The position numbers and the translations under genes are program-made. 64,000 nt of DNA from Octopus vulgaris (taxonomy: Eukaryota): assembly GCA_951406725.2 (NCBI GenBank), contig OX597820.1, positions 61,938,001 to 62,002,000 of the forward strand, given 5' to 3'. Under the pieces are notes generated by a model. That model did not search any database, was not told the origin of the DNA, and saw nothing but the letters and a program-made list of their open reading frames with translations. Below, piece after piece: positions 1 through 13,408 of this stretch (positions are counted from its first letter, which is position 1; the number at the start of each line of letters is the position of its first letter).

Positions 1-260
1 ACCCTACTTGAAACAACAGGGATTGCTTTTCTCAGAAGTACAATGATGTTCCTCTTGAGAAGAATAACGGAGGCAATGTTGAGACGGATGACAAATTGAA
101 ATTCACCGTCATTCGAATACTGGATCAAAATATGCGAGACCGAATCGCATTCATGGTGCAAGAAGTATTGCGTGGATTTAGAGATTAGAGAGAAGTAGTT
201 CGGGCAGGAATACAGAAGACACACGAAAGACATAATATTGGTAAAAACAACAGTAAAGTT
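1..260 (+). mobile_element. Possible decayed Tc1/mariner-type transposase C-terminus, truncated by the window edge
   Basis: Frameshifted pieces QEVLRGFRD*REVV and QEYRRHTKDIILVK resemble Tc1/mariner C-termini (..FRDRL..C...EGRHL.DII). Weak. Confidence 0.3.
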
Positions 261-399
261 TTTGAAACGTTAATGGACATTAATGGAACATTATGTATGC
301 GATAAACTAAAATAATAATGGTGTAATTTGTTTCACAAATTTTAAATTTGTCTCAAATTTAATTATATAATGTCTTTCACTCATTCTTCACCTTATATA

Positions 400-812
400 G
401 GCGCAGGAGTGGCTGTGTGGTAACTAGCTTGCTTACCAACCACATGGTTCCGGGTTCAGTCCGACTGCGTGGCACCTTGGGCAAGTGTCTTCTACTATAG
501 CCTCGAGCCGACCAAAGCCTTGTGAGTGGATTTGGTAGACGGAAACTGAAAGAAGCCCGTCGTATATATGTATATATGTATGTGTGTGTGTATATGTTTG
601 TGTGTCTGTGTTTGTTCCCCCAAACATCGCCTGACAACCGATGCTGGCCTGTGTACGTTCCCGTAACTTAGCGGTTCGGCAAAAGTGACCGGTAGAATAA
701 GTACTAGGCTTACAAAGAATAAGTCCTGGGGTCGATTTGCTCGACTAAAGGCGGTGCTTCAGCATGGCCACAGTTAACTGACTGAAACAAGTAAAAGGGT
801 AAAAAAAGAGAG
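400..812 (+). mobile_element. tRNA-derived SINE, family A, full length
   Basis: Head ggcgcaggagtggctgtgtggtaa (A box) and gggttcagtcc (B box), then ccttgggcaagtgtctt, an internal (TA/TG)n tract and a 3' part ending gactgaaacaagtaaaag. At least 6 further copies in the window. Confidence 0.9.
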
Positions 813-850
<38 letters not shown>

Positions 851-929
851 TGTTTATCCCAGCACCACATATTTCTAAGCTCCCTATTCAACATACGTCG
901 TATTTCATGGTGTAACTTCGAGTATTTCA

Positions 930-1095
930 TTCAGTTACTTTACATTCTGAGTTTAAATCACGTCGAGGTCAACTTTGCCTTTTATCACAACGGGCCGATA
1001 AAACAAAGTACCATTCATGTACTGGGGTTAAAGATGTCGACTATTATCCTCCTTTAAAATTTGTTCATTTTGTGCTCCGATCAGAAACTATTATT
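930..1095 (+). mobile_element. SINE family B, degraded
   Basis: ttacattctgagtttaaatcacgtcgaggtcaactttgccttt matches the family B copy at 32107-32337. Confidence 0.65.
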
Positions 1096-1194
1096 ATTGA
1101 TATTGTTGTTGTTGTTGTTTTTGCCGTTGTCGTTATTGTTGCTGCTGTTATAATTAATGTCAAAGAAGCTCACAAAATCCTTAGCAGCAGCAAA

Positions 1195-1800
1195 TCATGC
1201 ATTGCTACTCCGAGCACCATAAAAAGCAATAATGGTAGCGATAATTAGGATACTAAAAATAACAGCAGCTGTAAAAAGACAGCCACAAAATATTTCTTTT
1301 GCCGAAAGCGCAAGACCTTTTAATTTCATCTCACTAAACAATAAGTATGAAGATTTCAAAGAAGCTGAGAAACACACTAACAAGCTAGAACAGGGAAAGG
1401 TTATGCTCAATATCCATCAACCTTTTTGACCAAGTAGAAAAGGAAGCACTTCTGTATAGATGCTTATCAATGAAATACACAAATTAGAGTATATATATAT
1501 TCAGCCAAGTTGAACTCTGTTTAAGGAGCATATAGCAAAACATCAATTGTATGGGACATGCCCATAAGTTCAGAGACATTTGAGTTATTTTCCATTCGGA
1601 TTCCTTACTGAGAAGCACTTCAGTGTCCCACAAAGGATATTAGTTTTCCCACTGATACCTGAGAAAGAGAGTAAACTGAATAAAGATCTTGAACATATCA
1701 CCAGAAATAGACATCTGGTGAATGAAGAAATATGTTGCTTGGAAGACTGTGGTACGCTACTAGAAATATAACAAAAAATTCCGAAAATAAAATTGGATTG
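1195..1800 (+). mobile_element. Possible decayed ORF1 of a Tx1/L1-like LINE
   Basis: Broken ORFs 1232-1429 and 1580-1771 lie upstream of, and on the same strand as, the endonuclease remnant. No decisive motif. Confidence 0.25.
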
Positions 1801-2937
1801 AGATCTTGAGATCTTGATTAGAGATCGTGATCCAGGTGAAGCCTGTGGCTCTAATAGAGATCCCAGGAGGGCTGTAACTGCAGGCGGTAGTTGAAGGTAG
1901 AATGGCTCGATGCTACGGCTGTGGAAGCACTTATCAATTCAAAGCTTTGTGCTCCTGAATACAATAGCTGAAAGAAGGTCTCCACTGCTGCCAACATCAC
2001 GATGCCACCACCAACAATAGCAACATTAGCACAAATAACAACAGCATTTACAACAGTTGCAAGTAGCCGCAGCAACAGTGATAGAAGGAAGTTTCTATAG
2101 TGACAACAGTAGGGACAACAGCAACAAAGCAACAGCAGCAAAAAAAAAAAAAAAACGTTTAAGAGCTATTTCATCAACAGCAACAACAGCAGCTGAAAAT
2201 CCCAAACGGCAATAACACATCAAAAAGACAATGATCAACCCATAAAACATGCCACTCCCTTCTTGGGACCACTCTGACATGTCGTGTAACGAAGGGAAAG
2301 ATGAGGACCCTAAATGACAAAAAAGTTGCTGATATAAAGAAAAAGAAACAAAAACATACCAACACAATGAACTGGCAGATACGAACAGATGGTGGTTGTG
2401 GTGTTGGGGGATATGCTTTCGACCCCACCACCACCACCACCACTACAACAGCAGCTACAACATTATTATCAACATCATCATCCTCCCATCACCTATCACA
2501 GACAGCATCATTGGAAGCACAATCACAACTGAAATCACGCCAACAGTCAGATCACACATCCCAACAAGAAAAGCAAAAAAAAAAAGCAAAAACAAAAGAA
2601 TTAACTACACTCAGCCATAAACACACGCAATAAAAATTCTAATGGGTTAGAAACTCCAGCATGCCAGCATCACATACAATATCTACATCACATTATCTAA
2701 TAGCAATCCAGCATAAATAAAAGTTATCCAGATGTCATAACACATACATCTTAAAAAATAAATACCTCAGAGAAGGAGACTAGGAGAAACAGAAACAAAG
2801 ACAATAAGGGGGGAAAAAAACTGTTAGTGGATACAGTCATAGCCAACCGGAGGGACGGAATACCTGTCTCTCCACAAGATTAAGGTAAGTAGTCCTTTCT
2901 CACCTTCCATCTTCCGACTATTTTATTTCTGAAGAAT

Positions 2938-3720
2938 ATGCTGTATAAATTCAGATGGTCTGGGTCACCATGGAAGCAGTGTCATATGCTCAACGACATC
3001 AGGTCACTTGATATGAATGTGGTGGCCACCAGCGAAGCCAGAATCTACGAGTCACTTGCTTTCATGCCCATTTTCAGTGGATACAAGATGTACACATCTT
3101 CAAATCAACAGGGACCGGGAGGGAGAGTAGGTGTCATGTTTCGGATCTTACGATACAGACTCCATGAACCCAGAAAACGATTTGGTGGTCATGGATGGAA
3201 ACAGTAGCGAAAAGGATGCCTTTAGACTAGTAGCTGTTTATGCTCCAACAGGGATGGGTCAGCTTGATTTCTTCAGGCGTCTGGAGGTTTTCTTGCGATG
3301 CGTGCTAGGATTGAATGGAGCTAACTGATAAGAGATGGGGGCAGAAGCCGTGCAAACCTGCTCAAACGTTTCCAGTAGTTTCAACCGGATTTTTACTAAT
3401 GTTTCATTGTGGATGTAGACAAACTGCATCGGGACATCCAGATTGTAGTTTGTCTGCATCTTAAAATCATCGGCAACACAAACTACAAATTTATGATCTG
3501 TATAATCAGCTTGTATGGAATTCGTTGGCAGAAACCCATTTTCTGGAATCTTAACGTGTCAGGCTCGGTCCGCTAGATTTACAGACACTGGATTAGTGAA
3601 TTAGCAAAGCGGACGATGATGGAGCAAACGTCAGCAACAGATAGTGAGTAGCACTGTAAGGATGATTAGAGTAATATCGATAAGGTTTAATAAGGTCGAA
3701 GTGATAGAAGCTCTTAGAAG
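2938..3720 (+). mobile_element. Tx1/L1-clade LINE ORF2 apurinic-endonuclease domain remnant, frameshifted
   Basis: LNDIRSLDMNVVATSEAR (D-hydrophobic-x-E motif) and FRLVAVYAPTG..DFFRRLEVFL (VYAP motif), followed by a ttctggaatcttaac (W-x-L-N) segment. Confidence 0.7.
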
Positions 3721-4329
3721 AAGGGAGCGTTGCGGACATAGTCGCAGCTAGATTGGTAGTCGTCTCTCACTCCATTTCAGTTCACTTTTTCCCCGAACAC
3801 TGAAAGCATACAAGGAATGTGTTTAGATTCTTGTAACTCTATCACAACTAGTTTTTCTAATATTCAAAGTTCATTTCAGTCCATCTGATTCAAGACGTGC
3901 TTTGAATAAAGTATATTTTGTTTAATTAATGAAGAGTCGGCAAAAAAACACAAACATCTAAGCTAAGCAATTCACTACGACGATGTACTACTTTAATATA
4001 CATATATAATATTGCTACACTCAAGCGTGTGCACATACGCACGCATGCACACATACACAAGTACTATACACAGCCTCATACACATATACACACATACACG
4101 GAACACACATCACTCTACGCAACGCATGCACTAGGTTGCTTATACACATACACGCTCTCATATGCACACACAGGCTCACATAATTTTAAGCTCGCCAACA
4201 CATATATTTACACGCACTCGCTCCATTCACACAGTCACTCACACACACACCTTTCTTACATACACATACGCGCTCGCGCACCCCAGTTCAGCGGGGTCAC
4301 CGTTATTATCTCACCCTCTTTCGATCATT

Positions 4330-4535
4330 CATTATGTTAAACCATAAATCTCTACACATTTTTTCTCTCTTCATTTTTACTTTCTCACCTTTTTTCCCTC
4401 TCATGCCTTTCTGTTAAAGAGCATAGGCTCGAAACGTCAAAGACTTTTCCATTCTTCCCGGGTGTCAAACTAATACACCTGTTTGTTGTTCCCTCACCTG
4501 TCTTCGCCTTTTGTTTTTTGTAAATTTGAACTATA
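4330..4535 (+). mobile_element. Penelope-like terminal fragment carrying a variant hammerhead motif
   Basis: Homologous to the reverse complement of 27637-27840 (gagcRtaggctcgaaacgt, cacctgtcttcg shared). Confidence 0.6.
4405..4444 (+). ncRNA. Minimal hammerhead-like motif, variant core
   Basis: cttt-CTGTTAAA-gagc(atag)gctc-GAAA-cg-TC-aaag. Stems I and II pair; stem III is the palindrome ACGT. Confidence 0.55.
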
Positions 4536-4536
4536 C

Positions 4537-4920
4537 AAGTAATATTCGTAGCCACTTTAACATGGCTGTCCGTTCGAGTGGACTCTACTGCGATTTTTTA
4601 ACCCCAAGAGGACATCTCCTCTAACTGGTTAACGATGCACAGCTGCATCAGATAAACATTTTGAGCAGTGGGGCGAATCTCTACTGTCTCCTACAGATGG
4701 GACTAGTAGACCAGTCCTGGTTTCGGGCTGTTCTGCCACTCCTCATTACTGGACACCTCGTTTGTTAGAGATGATAGTACCTCGCTTCTGCACGCAATAT
4801 TTTGCAACAAACAGCTACGCCAGTTCTATAATCGCTCTAAGAGATCAACGGAATAGGGGTTAAAAAACCGCAGTAGAGTCCGCTCAGACAGCCATGTTAA
4901 AGTGGCTACGAATATTACTT
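4537..4920. repeat. Fold-back element with ~65-bp inverted arms
   Basis: aagtaatattcgtagccactttaacatggctgtc..aacccc (4537-4605) versus ggggtt..gacagccatgttaaagtggctacgaatattactt (4856-4920). Confidence 0.9.
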
Positions 4921-6304
4921 GTCAGGCGTTGATCTCTTAGAGATATTTTTGAACTATATATAGATATACACACACATTCGTATATTTGTCAGTAGTGTGC
5001 ATATACGAGTGTATTTTTTCTAGACTTATGGATTAATAGACGTCTTACACAAACACACACACACGTATATAGATACATGACTAATATTCCCGGTATTAAG
5101 ACAAAGCCGGGCATATTTCGAATTCATTAGATCTCCAGCAAAGCATAAATTAAACCGAGTGATTAACACACTAGATACATAATATTGTACAATAAATGAG
5201 CGTAAAAATTAACATATTAATAAGATAAATCACTTAGGTTCATTACTAAGAGATGCTATCCGCATAAAAAGAAATAATAGTTAATTAGTATTAATATATT
5301 TCATGCTATGAACATCAACAACTTAATTACAGCAAAAAAAAAATAACAAAAAAATTGTGATGAGGGAAGCAATGCTAGTTGAATGACAAGTATTATTTAA
5401 TAATTTCAGAAAGAATAGGAGACAATTCTGGGCATGTTTAGTACTTAATCTTCTTCAATGAAGCATAATACTTATCGAAGTAGTGACGAGAGAATCACGA
5501 AGTAGATGTACAAAATTGCATATCAGTAGGCGTGAAATTTTAGCATATTAAAAATTATAAATCACTGAGGTTAATTACTTAAAAGGGTTCATTAAAATGT
5601 TAAAACAAAATAAAAGAAAATTAAACGAAATAAAAAGAACAGCAATTAAATCTCTAAATACAGGAGTTTTCAGTTAGTGATTTTCTGAAAATATCGCCAA
5701 GAAACAAAAGTCTTTAAAATGCAATGGTCTTATGAACATTTAAAAAGTACAAAAAAAAAAAAATTTTTTTGCAATTAGTTTGTGATTCTGGTGATATGCT
5801 TAATTATTAATTAACATACTAAAAATATTAATTTTGTGTTAACATATCTAAAATAGTGAATAGCAACAATCTAATTAGAAATATATAGGCGGTGAGAAAA
5901 AGAGATTAGAGCAATTATTAATGTTATTTTGATTATATTTTACCAGCCTGGAATTTAATAGCCCAGAGTTATATAACTGATGCAGCGAATTTGGAATAGT
6001 CGTTACAGAATCGAACAGAGTGTCATGCGATTTCGTTCCTCCTTTTGGGGTTCAAATCATACCAACACTTCCATTCAACCTTTTGGGGTTGATAACTTAA
6101 GTACCAGCATAACCCTCAATCTTTTTCCCTATGCTCTGAAAGAAAGTGACTGCTGTTAGATATGGGGGAGGAGGAATTCAGCTTGGATCTTATAGCAAAG
6201 ATAGAATGTAACTAAAAACAAAGACTGGATAGAAATGCAATGCATTTGATCATAGGTCTACTCTGTCAGAAGTACCTTTATCGGCATTGAACTATCACAG
6301 ATGT

Positions 6305-6647
6305 TCTGAGACCCCCTTCGGTCACGACAAAGATCATGGGATTGCACCTAGAAAGTTACCCTCCCAGGCACAAGTCCGGGCAAGTTTGTTTATGGAAGAC
6401 CAGCAGTCGCCCATGCATACCGGCCTCCCTCTCCACGCCACCAGTATTATCCAAGGGAGTGGCAAAGACCAATACAGCTTGGCACCTGTGACGTCGCAAC
6501 TCATTTCTACAGCTGAGTGAACTGAAGCAACGTGAAATAAAGTGTCGTCTTGCTCAAGAACACAACACGCAGCACGGTCCGGGATTCGAGCTCACAACCT
6601 CACGATCGTAAGCTCGACGTTCTAACCATTGAGCCATGCGCCTTCAC
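6305..6647 (-). mobile_element. tRNA-derived CORE-like SINE, family C
   Basis: Minus strand has tggctcaatgg (A box) and gctcgaatcc (B box), then gttcttgagcaag..cacttt..ctcagctgtagaaatgag, resembling the MIR/CORE domain. Confidence 0.8.
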
Positions 6648-7034
6648 AGATAGTAACCCTTTGATTAAAAGACTGACCACTTTCAACTCTAAGACACAAC
6701 GGGGATTTTGTTCACGAATGCACGAATGCATCTAAAAAACAACAACAAACAAAAAACAAAAACAAAAGTAAAAACAAAACAAAAAATGTACTGTCTCCCA
6801 CTTTCGGTGACAGTACGTTTGTGGGCAATATATCAATCTTATTCACATTATATCATTTGTCATTTTAAGTTAGTTGGTGGCTTATATCTAACGTTCATTC
6901 TTAATGTAACAGTTATTAAATGAATCCAGTATACGTTAAACGACGAGCAGTTGAACTTACATCAACTTTCTATTCATATTGTATCCATATTTATGTATCT
7001 CGCCTCGGCCTCAGCTATGAATATATTAAAGAGT

Positions 7035-7297
7035 AAAAACTCCCTTCGGTCATGAATGACCAAGGGATTGCACCTAGAAAGTTCCCTTCTGTGGCACAAA
7101 CCCGGGCAAGGTTGTTTATGGAAGACCAGCGGTCACCTCGACACGCTACTGATGTTACCCAAAGGAAAAGCAAAGGCTGACACAACTTGGCACCAGTGAC
7201 GTCGCAACTCATTTCTACAGATGAGTGACACTAGAGCAACGTGAAATAAAGAGTGTTGCTCAAGAACAACACACAGCTTGGTTCAGGAATCGAACCT
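7035..7297 (-). mobile_element. SINE family C, second copy, 5'-truncated
   Basis: Colinear with 6310-6590 (gggattgcacctagaaagtt, gtgacgtcgcaactcatttctacag). Confidence 0.85.
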
Positions 7298-8130
7298 CAT
7301 TTCGTCACGTTCGAACAGCCAACAAACTTTTCAGTCAACCCTCGTATACCACGACAACGACATTCACGAGGAAGTGAAGGTGACTTAATGGAAATAGCCG
7401 CGAAATTCCTTCATACTCTTGACTGAAAGCGAAAAAGACACATTTGATACATAGAGCAGAGAGGCTATAATAATCATGGCTGCTTTCCTGCAATTTCTCT
7501 TGAATTATTGCTTTGAATTACATTTTCCTTTCAAATTTAGTCTGAAACTATTAAGTTCCTACATCTATCGGTGTTTCTACGCTATCCAAGTCTCATCCTC
7601 TAAACGAACTTGCTAATGTTACTTAACCGAATCTCAACTCTTATTGATCAGAACAATCATCAAAAGCCGCTCCAACCGTGATAATATTGTCTTTTTGTAT
7701 ATCGTACTTTACATTATCCAATATGTTCTCCTTAGTCTTTGAAGGTAATCGAGGTGAGATTAGACGTATATAAGGCTGTGATTGTTAACAGGCAAAGCAA
7801 CTACGTAGAGGCTTTTGTTGGTTATTTCTCGAGGATTTGGTTATTAGCGACGTTTGACGTTTAAGGTTTAATTTGTCAGCAAGAACTAAAGGAATAACGT
7901 ATAATTGGTGATGATGATTGGGTTGGGTTGCAAAACCGTCGCTATTAATGTCAGTTTTCTTCCACCAGTCAGGAAATTGTTTGGCCGTGATGCCTGGTTT
8001 TACTTTGTTGCTAGGCTGAATTATATGCGCGTTAATTTTTGCGATTGCATTTTGGCAATATAACATCGTTTCACTAATTTCTAAGAATTTGAAGGAATTA
8101 CATGCAAGAAAATTAAACTAACAACAATTG

Positions 8131-8172
<42 letters not shown>

Positions 8173-8278
8173 ACACACATACACACACACACAAACACAT
8201 ACACAGACACACTCACACACACGCACGCACAGTGTGTGCGTAAATATATACAGTTGTATGTGTGTACGTATATATATT

Positions 8279-8320
<42 letters not shown>

Positions 8321-8334
8321 TGTATATATATTCT

Positions 8335-8575
8335 TTTATTCTTTTATTCTTTTATTTGTTACAATCATTTGACTACCGCCATGCTAGAGCACTGCCTTAA
8401 ACGGTGTTAGTCGAAGAAATCGACCCCAGGACTTTTCTTTTAAGCCTAGTACTTATTCTATCCTCTTTTGCCGAGCCGCTTGATTACGGGACATGAACAC
8501 ACCAGCATCGGTTGTCAACCGATGGCTCACACACACACGCACACGCACACATACACACATACACACAGACACACA

Positions 8576-8615
<40 letters not shown>

Positions 8616-8776
8616 CGACGGGCTTCTTCCAGTTTCCTTCTAGAAACTCTACTCACAAGGTTTTGGTCAGCCCGAAGCTATAGTAGAAGATGCTTGCCCT
8701 AGGTGCCGTGCAGGGAGACTGAACCCTGACACATGTGGTTGAGAAGTAAGCTTCTTACCACAGCCACACCTGCGCA
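8335..8776 (-). mobile_element. SINE family A, full length
   Basis: Reverse complement of 400-812 with an internal (CA)n tract. Confidence 0.9.
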
Positions 8777-8782
8777 TATCTC

Positions 8783-8859
<77 letters not shown>

Positions 8860-8894
8860 GCATTATACATGTATATATACATATGCATTATCTT

Positions 8895-9085
8895 CTATCG
8901 TTTACGCGTTTCATTCATAGGGCTGTGACTACGCTGGGGTACCGACCTCAGTTGTAATCTTTGTGCTTGATACTTATGATATCGGGTCTTTTTCTCGAAC
9001 CTCTAAGTTACGGGGATGTAAACAAACCAACAGTAGTCAAGCGGTGGTGGGGGAGTGAAATGCAAGCACAAACAACAGACACAGA
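8895..9085 (-). mobile_element. SINE family A 3' half, degraded
   Basis: ctaagttacggggatgtaaac..gtcaagcggtggtgggg matches the family A 3' part. Confidence 0.65.
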
Positions 9086-9167
9086 GGCACACATGCACAC
9101 AGACATACACATAAGCAGGTAGATAGATAGGAAAGGGGAAAAGATAGCGGAAGAGTGATAAATACAG

Positions 9168-9198
<31 letters not shown>

Positions 9199-9219
9199 TG
9201 TATGTATGTATGTATGTAT

Positions 9220-9605
9220 CATTATGTCAGGTCACTTTCGAGTGCTACTGGTAACATGTAACCCAGTACAACCTGTTGCATGGTCGGGTCCTCGGCGACT
9301 ATACCGGCAACCCCAGCAAGCTTGATTGGTAAAAAGGGTGTTTAGTGGACACCCTGCGGATGAAAAACAAAACCCGTCAAAGGGCGGAGGAACTCTTGAG
9401 AGTCAACAGCCATCCAATAAATGTCTGAAGGCTGTATCATGCGCGGGGACATAGAAATAATCAAACTGAATACCCGATCGCGCGGTTAAACCACTGGGAG
9501 TGAAGGACTCCTAGCCTTTGTTAGGGCATCCTTCTAGGAGAAGGTAACTCAAGTAACTGGGATAACTCCGACATAAAACTTGCGGCTCAGCGCTTACCGA
9601 TGATG
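9220..9605 (+). mobile_element. GC-richer insert, probably an RTE 5'-UTR-derived non-autonomous element
   Basis: gggcatccttctaggagaaggtaactc resembles the tctaggagaaggaaaact motif of RTE 5' regions. Sharp composition boundary against (TATG)n. Confidence 0.45.
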
Positions 9606-9775
9606 TTGACTTGTTCTTCTTTTCGGATTATGGCTGCTGTTGCTTAGTGAGTGAGATTGACTCAGTGCACAGCCATTCCTCACTTTTAAAAAACATTCTT
9701 GCACAAGCATTGCACGATAACATTGATTAAGCTTCGTGCAATGGCCATACTCGATAACGAGGGGGCAGCCACCAT

Positions 9776-9840
<65 letters not shown>

Positions 9841-10947
9841 AAGCTTGGGAGGGGCATTATGCCGGTAATAATAAACACACACACACTGGTTCAGTCCTAT
9901 ATTGTTATTGTGTTATTGTTCACTATTTTTCGTGTTGTTTTTTGTTTTGGTCAAATAATTATTTCATCGCATTTTTGCAATCTTTTCAGTGACACGTCTC
10001 TCTACTTCCATTTCTTTTGAATGTTCCAGGATTGGGATTTGTCCGAGGTTTATCCCATATGAGTATGTGAATGTGTATGTCTGTATGTGTGTGTTTATAC
10101 GTAAGTGTGTACATCTGTATGCATGTGTGTTTATATACTGACGTGTTGTTTGTCATATACTGAAGATAGCGGTTTTGGTTTTCTCTCTGTTTTCTGCACA
10201 AGCGCACAGGTTCATACATTTAACGTTTCTCTCAAAGACAGTTAAACCATCTTCTTTGTTTGATAAATGTTGAATGAATTGATGTCTATCTGTGTGTGAG
10301 TATGAGCATGTGTATGTGTACGTGTGTATCTGTGTGTGTATGGGAGGACATGTCTGTACAAGCGTGTATGTCTGTGTTTGCGCGTCCGTTTTTGCGTGAG
10401 CATGTGCCTGTATCACAGTGTGTCTTTATGTGTGTCCGTGTGTGTGTGGGTGTGTGTATGTGTTCGTGTGTATGTGTGTGCATTCATATCTGTGACTACC
10501 TGTATGTTTGTGCATACGTGTGTACTTCTGTATGCATATTTCCGTGTGTGTGCGTATGCGTATGTGTGTGTATTCCTGTGGGTGTGAGGGCATATCTCTG
10601 TCCTTGTTTGTCTTTGCCTCTGTGTGTGTGTGTGTATGTGTGGTGTATGTCCGTTCGTGTGTGTATGTATGTGTGTATGCGTCCATATGTATGTGTGTAT
10701 GCGTCCATAGGTCTTTGTATGGTATTTGCCTGTTGGGAGTATTTACTATTCAAAACCGGTCATGTTTCGTTTATGAAGACTGACTCGTATCTGTCGTAGC
10801 GATGCATCGCCCGGGTGTCTAGACGGGATTTCTATGCTAATCCGGTTCAACACAGCACAACGCCATATTTTTCTTTGGCATGCTGGTAGAGTATCGAGGC
10901 TTGTCATTGATCCATGTACTAAAACGAACAAAAACAAAAAGAACATC

Positions 10948-11130
10948 AGTAAGGTCATGCGCTGTTTATTTTGATATGAAATCACAATGTCGCGTACATA
11001 CGGTTGTGATGCATGTGCCTGGTGTACCATTATCAGGCGGGTAATCATGATGGGTATATTGGGTTTCCTAAATTTGTACTCCAATATGATAGCATGCCCT
11101 ACTCTCTCACTCAATAGCAATAATAATAAC

Positions 11131-11192
<62 letters not shown>

Positions 11193-11742
11193 TAAATGCC
11201 TTGATGCAGTACCAGTATGTGGCTCTCATGGCTTCTCATCTTAACTGATTGGAAGTATTATCATGTACATTGTTTTGCCTTGGTATAAAAGATGGGCTAC
11301 AGCAAATATTCTGCTCAGTATCACAAATTTGCTTGTCAGTTGCTTGACCATAACCATTTGAACATGTCCCTTAGTGGCTGACGATATGTGAATCTCTGAT
11401 CACAAGCAGAAGTTGCAGAGGAGCATCATATCCATGTTTTGAGAGGAATTCTTTGGGGTTTGAATAATTCACCTTTGGAAATATGGGGTGTTTTGTTCAT
11501 CAGCCTTAAACAACCTTTATCCAGGGACCTTTTGAATGGGATGGGCAACTCAACCCGAAGAAAAATTCTAACTGAGTTCCACCTGCAAGGTCATGCGCTA
11601 TTTATCTCGATGAGATCACCATGTTGCATGTGCCTGGTGTACCCTTATCAGACGGGTAGTCATGATGGGTATACTGGGTTTCGTATATTTTACCCCAGTG
11701 TCACTTTGATGGTACGCACTGCTCTCTCACTCAATAATAATA
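10948..11742. mobile_element. (AAT)n-associated interspersed repeat: one longer copy (11190-11742) plus a partial copy (10948-11120)
   Basis: aaggtcatgcgct..gcatgtgcctggtgtacc..catgatgggtata..ctctctcactcaata occurs twice, each running into (AAT)n. Confidence 0.7.
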
Positions 11743-12476
11743 ATACTAACGATGATTTACAAATAATAACACTCGTAATAATAAAACATCTAAAAACAAA
11801 TATAAGGACAGCAATGGCCATATCAGTACAGATTAAATGAACGCGATCTCCATCAAAATCCCTCGGACACTGATCTTGTATTCGGATAATAATTCTATGA
11901 TTGAATACGTTGTATATTTATTTCGTCCTTAAAACAACAGAAGAAGACCAGAACGTCATAATGTCCCCATTTCCCATGTCAAAATAAACAATTCTCCTCT
12001 TTAGCTACTCTACCTTATTGCATTATAACTGAGATATTTTCTTCCCTTTCTGTTTTAGCTAAATTTCCATCATGCCGTATTCTGAAACGAGGAGAAAATA
12101 ACAACAAAAACAGCTACAAAAACAAAGTCACCGACAAAACGTTAAACAAATCACACATGCGCACACACATACAAACACACACACACACACACACACACAC
12201 AAATACACACACAAATACACACGCACACAAATCCACTCGCACATACATACTCAGACGTATACATACACACACACATACGTACACACACAAAAAACGTTCC
12301 ATATTGCTAATGCATAGTGAAGCGATTACCTAAGGCAATTGATGTATGTTCAACTTAACCCCTCTCTTCTCTGTCTCTCTATTTCTCTACATATTTCTTT
12401 CCGAGACACACATACACACACACGCGAACGCATGTATATATATACGCACACACACATAAATGTATATATATATATT

Positions 12477-12839
12477 GTATTTCGGGACGGTAATTTTTTT
12501 TTCTAAATAAACACACGCACCATATATTTTTCTTCACTCGTTTATTACTGTTCTTATTTTATCATTCTAACTCAATTCCATTGTCCAGAAATCCTTCCTC
12601 ACACATCTATGACCTCTTCAGTGACACTTTTCATTCTTGTGTGTGTGCTCTTGCTTCACTGAGGAACAACGCACAGGAAAGCGAAAAGTGTTGCTGAAGA
12701 GGTCACAGATGTGTGACGAAAGATTTCTGGACAATGGACATGAGTTAGAATAATAAAATAAGAACAGTAATAAACGAGTGAAGAAAAATATATGGTGAGT
12801 GTGTTTATTTGGCTAAAAATGACCATATCCTGAAATGCA
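12477..12839. repeat. Fold-back element with ~155-bp inverted arms, each carrying a hammerhead-like motif
   Basis: 12477-12632 is the reverse complement of 12683-12839 (cttcactcgtttattactgttcttattttat / ataaaataagaacagtaataaacgagtgaag). Confidence 0.9.
12688..12733 (+). ncRNA. Hammerhead-like motif
   Basis: CTGAAGA-g-gtcaca(gatg)tgtgac-GAAA-gatt-TC-tggaca. Stem I pairs better in the opposite-arm copy (tgtca/tg(g)aca). Confidence 0.55.
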
Positions 12840-12889
12840 CTACCGGTTTCAACACACGATTTCACATCAGGAATCTTGCAACACAAATT

Positions 12890-12965
12890 GATTACCGTGT
12901 ATGTGAGTAGAATTGGTAGACAGAAACTGAAAGAAGCTTATCGGACACACGCACACACACACATT

Positions 12966-13045
<80 letters not shown>

Positions 13046-13237
13046 TGTTTTTGTCTACCACCACTGCTTTGCAATTAGTGGTGATGTGTTTACCTCTACG
13101 TAACGTAGCGGTTTGGCAAAAGACACCAATAAAATAAGTACCAGGCTTTAGTCGATACATTCCACGAAAAATACTTCAAAGTGGTGCACCAGCATGGCTG
13201 TAGTCTACTAACTGAAGCAAGTAAAAGATAAAAGATA
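12890..13237 (+). mobile_element. SINE family A, 5'-truncated
   Basis: ttggtagacagaaactgaaagaagc..agcggtttggcaaaagac..cagcatggctgtagtc..gaagcaagtaaaaga. Confidence 0.8.
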
Positions 13238-13351
13238 CTCTTTAGTATTTCAAGATATTTTTATGTAATTTTGGTAAATATATCTGTTAAAACGAGACGT
13301 AAATGTTGTTTTCCTTTTTGCGTAATTTAGACGGCAGTTTATTCGCCGCTC

Positions 13352-13406
<55 letters not shown>

Positions 13407-13408
13407 GC

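Noticed and set aside
400-480. tRNA genes at SINE heads (also 6575-6647)
   Set aside because: A/B boxes continue into SINE bodies found in many copies; no clean cloverleaf.
7785-8066. 93-aa unique ORF
   Set aside because: No motif or splice support; the length is within chance expectation.
9250-9330. HDV-like ribozyme at the start of the RTE-like insert (tcctcg loop)
   Set aside because: I could not build consistent P1, P2 and P1.1 pairings by eye.
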